A stretch of DNA of 64,000 nucleotides from Eledone cirrhosa (taxonomy: Eukaryota): contig OZ024750.1 of assembly GCA_964016885.1 (NCBI GenBank), positions 54,498,001 through 54,562,000 of the forward strand, given 5' to 3'. The notes below the pieces were generated by a model. The model made no database searches. It had not been told where the DNA came from and saw only the letters and a list, made by a program, of their open reading frames with translations. The position numbers and the translations under genes are program-made. Below, piece after piece: positions 50,301 to 64,000 of this stretch (positions are counted from its first letter, which is position 1; the number at the start of each line of letters is the position of its first letter).

Positions 50301-50442
50301 GAATTATACGCTATTTATCCACGACAATACAAATCTCCCTCCCTATGCTTTATACTATAAAAATTATTTTATCCTCGTCTCTCTATCCTTAATCAATTTT
50401 CTTTTGCTTTCGTGCATAAGATATTTCTATACTTCTAGTAAC

Positions 50443-50690
50443 TCTCTTTTTCCTCATCTGTTTCTCTCTCTTTCCTCATCTGTTTCTCTCTCTTTCCTCA
50501 TCTGTTTCTCTCTCTTTCCTCATCTGTTTCTCTCTTTCCTCATCTGTTTCTCTCTCTTTCCTCATCTGTTTCTCTCTCTTTCCTCATCTGTTTCTCTCTC
50601 TTTCCTCATCTGTTTCTCTCTCTTTCCTCATCTGTTTCTCTCTCTTTCCTCATCTGTTACTCTCTCTTTCCTCATCTGTTTCTCTCTCTG
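50443..50690. repeat. ~22-bp pyrimidine-rich minisatellite
   Basis: Unit TTTCCTCATCTGTTTCTCTCTC. Confidence 0.93.
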
Positions 50691-50941
50691 TCTTTCACTT
50701 CCTCTTTCTTCAATAATTTAAATTATTTGAATCTCTAACAGTTATGTAAGTTTGTATTATATTAGTAGTTGTTTATTATTATGTATCTTTATAAGCTTTC
50801 TCACACGCACCCTCTGTATTATATGTAATTTTTTCATGTCTCAATCTTAAGGTATATAAATATTGAGTTTTGTCATATCTTATTCACTGCCATGACTGAA
50901 TTTTAACCATCCACTTAGTCAGGGTATGTCATGCATCATCT

Positions 50942-51008
50942 TATTTTATCTGATGAGGACGTACTGTTGAAGATAGCTCAGTACCTCTGAAATATGTATA
51001 ATAAAATA
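50942..51008 (+). ncRNA. Minimal hammerhead (family 3)
   Basis: Identical to the 46518-46584 motif but on the opposite strand. Confidence 0.85.
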
Positions 51009-51063
51009 TACTTGATCACATGAATGTCTATTTTTGTTAATATTTTGAATTAATATATAAATA

Positions 51064-52476
51064 TCATCATCATCATTTAACGTCTATCTTCCACACTAGC
51101 ATGGGTTTAGACAGGAATTGCCCCACTTGAGGCAAGATTGGTCGTCTCGCTCATATAGGACTGTCTGGCAGGTTTTCTACAGCTGGATTCCCTTCCTAAC
51201 ACCAACCACGTTTACAGTGTGGACTTGAGAGGTTTTTACTGTGTTACCTACACCGCCACATTACAGCGTGGACTGTATGTTTTTTTTGTTGTGACACCTA
51301 CATGACCTCATTTATTTAGGACAGAGAAAGGGGTGGTGTTGATTGGGGTGGGGATCAGGTAGTTGGGGTAGTGGGAGCGGGGGGTGTATATTTGATTAAG
51401 AGGTGTCTACTGACTGTAGGTTTTGCTTTGTACTTAGGCAAGGCAGATTTTCTGTATTACTGCGTAGCGCCAAAGATCTCGGTCCAGTGACATTGTCTTA
51501 GAAAGGTGTAAGTGTGTAAGGTCGGAATTTATCAAATCGTCCCAGGTTTTTCTGGGTCTGCCTACTCCGTAACTTCCGTCAATTTTGATCGCCCTGCACT
51601 TTTTTATACAGCTGTCGTCTTTCATGTGCATCACATGACCATACCAATGTAGTCTTCTCTCAAGTAAACAGCATCTGATCCCTCTTATAGCTAATTTCTC
51701 ACTTAGTTCATGTATGCTTTGTTGTTTACGTATATTACTATTACACATCCAGCGGAGCATGCTTCGTTCCTCTCCAGTCTGCGCAGATCCTCTGCACACA
51801 ATGCCCATGTCTCACTGCCATGTAACATAGCTGTTCGTATGCAGGCATCATACCGTCTGCCTTTCATTTTTAGAGAGAAACCTTTAGCGGCCAACAGCGG
51901 TATAAGCTCTCTGAACTTTTTCCATCCCCTTCTGACTCTGGCTACTGTACTTTCTGAGCACCCTTCACCACTGCTAATTTTGTCACCCATGTAACGGAAG
52001 ATGTCCACTATTTCTATAGAGCCATCTGGGCAATAGAAGGAGCTAGTATCCTGTGGGCGCTTTCTACTTATTGCACCTGAGCACCGGCCACATATAAAAT
52101 CTACATTCTTAGATAGCTTACCTGTGATCCCACTAGATCTTTTATGCACCCATACTTTGCATTTGGGACATAAAATGGAATTTCTGCCTACTCCTTTCCT
52201 ACACACTGAGCATGGCTATTTCCCAGAGGGAGCCTGTGCCCTATTTTCCTTCTTACATACTAGAACTTTAGACTTAGACAACTTAGTTAACTTTAAGGGC
52301 ATTCATCATCCCTAGTTTTCTAAGGGCCCACCAGATAATGGCGCAAGGGACTCTGTCAAATGCTTTCTCCAAGTCAACAAAAGCTAAGTATAGGGGTTTA
52401 CTTTTAGCTAGGTACTTCTCCTGTAGTTGTCGTACAAGGAAAAGGGCGTCTGTGGTACTTTTACCTGACACAAACC
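51064..52476 (-). mobile_element. RTE LINE (family A), deleted and frameshifted
   Basis: ORFs 51434-51808 and 51703-52206; FVDLEKAFDRV fragment at 52310-52476. Confidence 0.88.
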
Positions 52477-52492
52477 TATATATATAAATATA

Positions 52493-53148
52493 ATGGCAAA
52501 GCATAAACGAACTAAGGGAAAAATTAGAAATAAGAGGGATCAGAGAAGAGTACGTTGGTATGGTCACGGGATGCGCATGAAAGACGTCAGCTGTATAAAA
52601 AAGTGCAGGGCAATAAAAATAGACGGTAGCCATGGAGTAGGCAGACCCAGAAAAACCTGGGGCGACTTGATAAATTCCGACCTCACACACTTTCAACTCT
52701 CCAAGACAATGTCACTGGACCGAGATCTTTGGTGCTACACATTAATAGAGAAGACCTGCCTTACCTAAGTACAAAGTGAAACCTACTACAGTCAGTAGGC
52801 ACCTCTAACAAAATACACCCCTGTCCCACTACCCCCACCCCATCCACACCATCCCTTTCAATGTAAAGTTATGTTGGTACCACAACATCCAGCCCGAAAC
52901 AAATGAGGTCGTGTAGGTGTCATGACAAAAAAACAGTCCACGCTGTAATGTGGCCGTGTAGGTAACATGGTAAAAACCTCCCAGTTCCACACTGTAAATG
53001 TGGTTGATGTTAGGAAGGGCATCCAGCCGTAGAAAACCCGCCAGACAGTCCTATGCGAGCAAGACAACCACTCTTGCCTCAAGTGGGAAAACTCCCGTCC
53101 AAACCCATGCAAGCGTGGAATATGGACGTTAAACGATGATGATGATGA
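52493..53148 (+). mobile_element. RTE LINE (family A) 3' fragment
   Basis: RWYGHGMRMKD, GRPRKTW, 3'UTR and (GAT)n tail. Confidence 0.88.
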
Positions 53149-53513
53149 TATATATATATAAAACAGAGAGTGACTGTCTGTCCGCTCACTAAAACTCGAG
53201 AACCACCCAACCGATTGTTTTCAAACTTTACACATGTAAAACGTTGCGCCCTTATAATATCTGTCTGTATGCCTGGCTGTCTGCATTACGACATTATGAT
53301 GCTGTGTTTGTGTGTGTATATATATATATAATGTGTAACGTTTTACGAAATATTTACTTTTTTAGTTTCAGAAGAACCCTTTAATTTGCGATAAAGTATT
53401 AATTTTCTTCGCACGGAAAAAAACCCTGGTAATCTATGACAAATTTTTTTTATAAGCACAAAATGTAGACACCATCCCGAGGCCAAGGTAATCCGTACTT
53501 CTCTGCACTGTTA

Positions 53514-55510
53514 TCATCATCATCATCATCATTTTACGTCCGCTTTTCCCTGCTTGCAAGGGTGGGACGATCTTATTTAGCACAGCATCTCTCCACCCTC
53601 ATCACGATCCTTCGTCATCTCCACCGTGAGCTTCAGTGATCTGAGGTCTGTTCTCACCACCTCCGCCGATGTTTTTCGTGATCTACCTCTACCACGTCTT
53701 CCTTCAACTGGTATTTCCTGGCACTTCTTCACCCATCAGTCATCCTCCATGTGCATCACATGTCCATTCTATCCCTCTCAGACACAGTTTCTCCCTCAAC
53801 ACATTCATGCTGGGTCGTTCACGCACATTGACATTGCACATCCACTGGAGCATGCTTGTCTTATTTCTCTCCAGCCGTTACATATCCTCTGCAGTTGCTG
53901 CCCATGTCTCACTACCATGCAGCATCACGCTCCTCACACAGGCATCATATACTGCATACGTATTTCTCCCTAGCTGTTAGTTTGCCTGCTATCCCGCTAC
54001 ATCTCTTGTGTACCCAGGATCTGCATTGTGTGCATTTTATAGACTTTATGCCAGTTCCATTTCTGCATATCGAACATGGCCATTTCCCTGACGGAATCAG
54101 AATTTTGTCCTCTTTTCTACTCATCAACACTTTTGTCTTAGCTAGGTTCACTCTCAGTCCTCTTGCTTCCAACTGCTGTTTCCTTAGCCAGAATTTATTC
54201 TCTAGCTCCTCTACTAATTCTGCTATAAGAACCAGATCGTCAGCATTGAGAAGTTCCCATGGACAGCCAGTCTTAAACTCCTCTGTTATGGGTTGGAGGA
54301 CTATAATGAACAAGGGCGGGCTGAGGACCGAACCATTCATTTACTCCTACTTGTATCTGGAATTCCTCACTAAACTCCATTCCTACCCTGACTTTACTGA
54401 CAGTACCTCTGTACAAAGTTTGTCCTCACAAGCCATTCCTCAACACCTAGTTTCCTTAGGGACCACCAGATGGCAGATCAGGGTACCCTATCAAAGGCCT
54501 CCTCTAGGTCAACAAAAGCTAAGTATAGTGGCTTATTTTTCTCTATGAACCTCTCTTGTAATTGTCTCACCAAGAAGAGGGCATCTGTTGTACTCTTCCC
54601 AGGCACAAAACCAAACTGCATCTCATCTAGTTTGACCCTTTCTCTAATTTGTTGTGCTAATATCCTTTCTGCCACTTTAATAACCTGATCCATCAGTTTT
54701 ATACCCCTATAATTGCTCCTCTCCAGAGCATCCCCTTTACCTTTGTAGCAATTTATGAGAATACTGCTGCACCAGTCTTTGGGTATGACACCACCATAAA
54801 TAGCCTGATTGATGATGCGTGCAACCAGTTTAGTGCCTATGTCCCCTGATGCCTTCAGCATCTCAGCAACTATCCCCGATGGTCCAGCAGCCTTACCATT
54901 TTTCATTTTCTTAATTACCTCTTAGACCCTATATTTGTCAATCTCAATAGCTGGTCCCTCTGTTGGATCTACTGAGGGTAATTTATCTCTCTCCTATTCG
55001 TTCTCCACATTCATCAGTCTCTCATAATGACATTTCCAGGCCTCCTTCTTTTTCTGATCATTCGTGACACTAAGTACACCGGTATCATTCCGGACACATT
55101 TATCTTCAACAACATCCTGATTTGCATTGACACACTGCCTTGCAATGTGGAACATCGCACACCTCTGATTTTCCCGTCACAGAACATTGGCAAACCTCCT
55201 ACTCTCAGCCTCTCTGCGTGCTAAGTACACCTGACGTCTAGCTTCTCTCTTAGCGGCTGTATATCCTTCTCTACTCCCACCCTTTTTCCAAGCCTTCCAT
55301 GCTAGTCTTTTGTCTCTAATGGCCTTATCTACTGTGCTGTTCCACCACCGGGTCACACTCTGTCTGGTTGGAGCTTTGCCCCAGCCACAAGTTTCATCAG
55401 TAGCCTGAAGTAAGTCGTCACGTAAGAAATTCCAGTTATTATCTATGTCATACGTCTCTAAATCGTCTTCTTTTTTGTCATACACATCTTGAAGGGCTTT
55501 CCTAAATTTG
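53514..55510 (-). mobile_element. RTE LINE (family C), decayed copy of the intact element
   Basis: Collinear with 59242-61510, with deletions and frameshifts. Confidence 0.92.
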
Positions 55511-55529
55511 TATATATATATATATGTGT

Positions 55530-55805
55530 ACGTCAATACTCATCATTTTCCATTTCTCTGAGGGTTCTTAACCCCACTATCAGGCTAAATAATTTCTTTA
55601 ATTTCTTTAGCCAAAGTACGGCGATAGCTAACATTTCTAATAATATATATATATAATTATATATTCGTGTACAGATATTTTTGCATACACAATAACACAA
55701 TATAAACAAACGTATTTATTTCGCGAGGCTCGATAAGGATAAATATATATCAAATATATAAGAACCCTTGAGCAAATCCCGAGCAACGCCGGGCCCTTCT
55801 GCTAG
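55530..55805 (+). mobile_element. Non-autonomous Helitron-like 3' portion
   Basis: Ends in hairpin CCCG-AGCAACGC-CGGG then CTAG|T; related pieces at 17728-17840 and 18590-18645. Confidence 0.62.
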
Positions 55806-55833
55806 TGTATATATATAAATATATATATATATA

Positions 55834-56694
55834 CAGGGTGCGGATGATATTTGTTCACAATTTTCAACTGCTAATTTTATGCAAATTTTTTTTACTTCCG
55901 TTGTCACTCTTGTCTTCATAAAAACAGTGACTATATTTCCATTATTTATTTTCAGAATAATTGATTATTAATAATTTTGAACCTCTGAATTTGTGGAAGA
56001 GACACAGAGTTCTTATTGGAATCCGCACCAGGAGGACAAATAAGGACCAGAAGATCAACTCCCAGAACAACAGCTGGCTCGCTGTCTCATCCAAAGACGT
56101 GCCCAGAGTCATGCAGACAAAGTTTCGAGCGACAACATTGGTCTTAGGTGTCATTAAGCAGTCAAGGTGACATCATGCCACCTCACTTCTTCCCTGAGGG
56201 CCTCAAGCTGAACACCGATGGCTACATCCACGTTCTGAGCAAGGTAGTAAAGCCCTGGATTGACCAGGTAGCTGCAGGTAAGCCGTACGTATGGCAACAT
56301 GTCTCAGCGCCCTGCCATACAAGACCCAAGCCTGGCTGTCAGAGAACTTCGTCGACCACAGTTCACCTGACATCAGGCCTCCCAGCTCGACTGACTGCAA
56401 CCCCCTCGACTTCTTTGTGTGGGGTGCAGTGGAACGAGACACCAATAGATCTAGCTGTAATACGAAAGACAATCTGAAGACCAGGATCACAAGTGCCTTT
56501 AGGGGCCTATGTCGGGGGACGGTGACGAAAGCCCGTAGCTGGTTTCGAGGCCGTCATCAAAGCGAATGGCGGGTTTATCGAGTGAGATCGAAAGAACAAG
56601 TCATGAAGTTTGATAAATATATCTTAAAAAATAAAACTACTGTGTTATTTTTTCCTAGACAGTAATCTTGTGAACAAATATCCTCCGCACCCTG
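55834..56694 (+). mobile_element. Internally deleted Tc1/mariner (maT, DD37D-type) transposon
   Basis: TA-CAGGGTGCGGATGATATTTGTTCACAA ... TTGTGAACAAATATCCTCCGCACCCTG-TA. Transposase remnants are GDIMPPHFF, WQHVSAPCH and DCNPLDFFVWG. Confidence 0.9.
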
Positions 56695-56700
56695 TATATG

Positions 56701-56765
<65 letters not shown>

Positions 56766-56796
56766 GTGTGTATATATGTATGTATATATATGTATG

Positions 56797-57400
56797 TCAG
56801 GTCACCAGTTGGTGCTACTGGTAACATGTATGCCAGTACAACCTGTCTCATGGTCAGGTCGTTGGCGACTAAACTGGCAACCCCACCAAGGTTTCTTGGT
56901 GAGGAGGGTGACTTTGGACATCCTGCAGGACTAAAAACAAAACCTGTCAAAGGGCAAAGGAGCTCTTAAGAGTCAATGGCCATCCAAAATCACCGGGAGA
57001 GATGACCCCCTTAGCTTTTGTCAAGGCAGAATTCTAGAAGGAAAACTCTTGATATAACACCTGCAACCCTGATGGTATCCAATGATATTGACTTGTTCTT
57101 CTTTTTGGTAAATATCATCTTGGTTAAGAGAGTGGGACTGGCTTTGTGCAGTGCCTTTGCTCACTATAAAAGCTTCACGGCACAGGCATTGCTTTATATC
57201 TGGAGATCTCTCTGCACTTGTCGTCACATGGTACCATGGGCCCAGCACTATGTGTCAATAATTGTCACAAGTGTAGTGTTTGTACCAGAGTTTTCAAGTC
57301 GCTGGCTGGACTAAAATGTCACTCGTTCAGCGCATCGGTAGGGTTCTCCTACATGGATATAAAGTAGTGGCCGTACTCGAAAACGAATTGGCAGCCACCA
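56797..57400. repeat. ~620-bp dispersed repeat, copy 2
   Basis: Matches 14391-15011. Confidence 0.8.
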
Positions 57401-57414
57401 TATATATATATATA

Positions 57415-57676
57415 TCATCATCATCATCATCATTTTACGTCCGTTCTTCCATCCTAGCATGGGTTAGACGGGTTGTCCTGTTGTGGGCAGTGTCTGGTCG
57501 GCTGACAATGCCATGCTCATACAGGAACTGATTTGGCTTGATTTCTACAGCTGGATGCCCTTCCTAACACCAACCTCATTTACAGTGAGTGCTGGGTGCT
57601 TTTTCGTGGCGCCTACACGTCCACTTTACAGTGTCGGCTGGGTGCTTTTTTGCCGTGGCACCTCCACGACCACCTT
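57415..57676 (-). mobile_element. RTE family B 3'UTR fragment
   Basis: Matches 2650-2915. Confidence 0.85.
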
Positions 57677-57690
57677 AAAGTATATATGTA

Positions 57691-57741
<51 letters not shown>

Positions 57742-58116
57742 GTGTATGTGTGTGTGTGTATATATATTTATGTGTATGTATATATCTATATATATATATG
57801 TGTGTATGTATATCTCTTTATTTATGTATGTCTGAGTTGTGTGTGAGCGTGTGGTTGTATGTGTATATATATACATGGATATGTGTATGTGTATGTATAT
57901 ATACGTATATGTATGTGTGTGTGTGTATATGTATGTGCGTGTATGTATATGTATATATGTGTGTATATATGTATGTATATATATGTGTGTATATATATAT
58001 GTATATGTATGTATGTGTGTATGTGTATATATATATGTGTGTTGTGAGTATATGTATATATATGTGTGTATGTATGTGTGTCTATGTATTTATATATGTA
58101 TATGTATATGTCTCTA

Positions 58117-58173
<57 letters not shown>

Positions 58174-58402
58174 CGGTGTGTATTTTATGTATGAGTATAT
58201 ATTTTACTTGTTTATTTCTTTTTAATATATTTATTTTTATTTCTAAATTTATAGATACATTTTATAAATAGGCTGTTGTCTGACACCCTCAGTAATTACT
58301 GACTCCCTTTACCTACTTTAGTTCTGCATCTAGATGTAAATATATGTGGCAGTGTTTATGTGTGCGCCTTAATATCCATATAGTTATAATAATAATATAT
58401 AC

Positions 58403-58448
<46 letters not shown>

Positions 58449-58797
58449 TCGTGGGTATGTGTATGTTTATGTGTATATGCGTGTGTGTGTATGAATGTAT
58501 GTATATGTGTGTATATATGAGTGTATATATGTTTATATACGTATGTGTATTTTGTCTGTAGATTATAAACATACAGAGACATTAGCCCTGAATTTTTGTA
58601 TTTACATACATTTTTTCGACATGCGTATGCATGTGAACATATATTTTTATGCATATCTGTGAACGAAGTTACTTACATATATACACACACCTAACTGTAT
58701 TTTCTTGATATATTTTTGTGTATTTCATTGGTCTATTTGAACTCTGTTCCCAAACAGACCTGTAATTTTGAATTGTTGTTATTATCAATAAATATAT

Positions 58798-58950
58798 TTC
58801 ATTATTTCTGAAGACGGCATATGTATGTGTTGGTATGTATATTCTATTTGATAGTTTGTATAATTTTGTATAATTTTGTACATAGATCTGTTGAATATGC
58901 ATGCCAATTCTAACACATATATGTCCTAGAAACGATCGTTAAATAATGAA
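58798..58950 (+). ncRNA. Type I hammerhead (family 10) with ~114-nt stem II
   Basis: TTCATTATTT-CTGAAGA-[long hairpin]-GAA-ACGATCGT-T-AAATAATGAA; perfect 10-bp stem I. Confidence 0.85.
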
Positions 58951-59004
58951 CTTTTTTTGTTTAATATAAGGAACTGTTTCATTGTTTTATTCATTATTTT
59001 TTTA

Positions 59005-59082
<78 letters not shown>

Positions 59083-59103
59083 CATATATATACATATATA
59101 TAC

Positions 59104-59234
<131 letters not shown>

Positions 59235-59241
59235 TATATAC

Positions 59242-64000
<4,759 letters not shown>

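Larger units (their letters stand above)
46385..51055 (+). mobile_element. 5'-truncated Penelope-like element bounded by inverted terminal repeats
   Basis: 46470-46678 is the near-exact reverse complement of 50848-51055, and a GIY-YIG ORF lies between them. Confidence 0.75.

Overview
This is AT-rich, repeat-saturated eukaryotic (animal) DNA with no recognisable host gene. The SINE heads, (ATG)n-tailed RTE LINEs and long (TA)n/(CA)n tracts resemble an octopus/cephalopod genome (inference). Retroelements: one apparently intact RTE-clade LINE (59269-62337, minus strand, 1022 aa; APE + RT with an inserted C4HC3 PHD-like finger), about 15 truncated RTE copies, tRNA-headed SINEs that share the RTE tail, a CR1/L2-type RT, an R4/Dong fragment and several Penelope-like element (PLE) pieces. 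DNA elements and repeats: two DD37D Tc1/mariner (maT) relics, Helitron pieces, MITEs and a 6.2-kb array of a 51-bp satellite. The main signal not shown by the ORF track is about 21 type I hammerhead ribozyme motifs (some degenerate) in roughly 10 sequence families, read by eye. Many sit in PLE terminal repeats and fold-back palindromes. Three belong to a non-coding ~420-440-bp tandem element with covarying stems, an octamer motif and a likely target-site duplication, which makes it a retrozyme-like family. Coordinates were counted by hand, so element ends are approximate.
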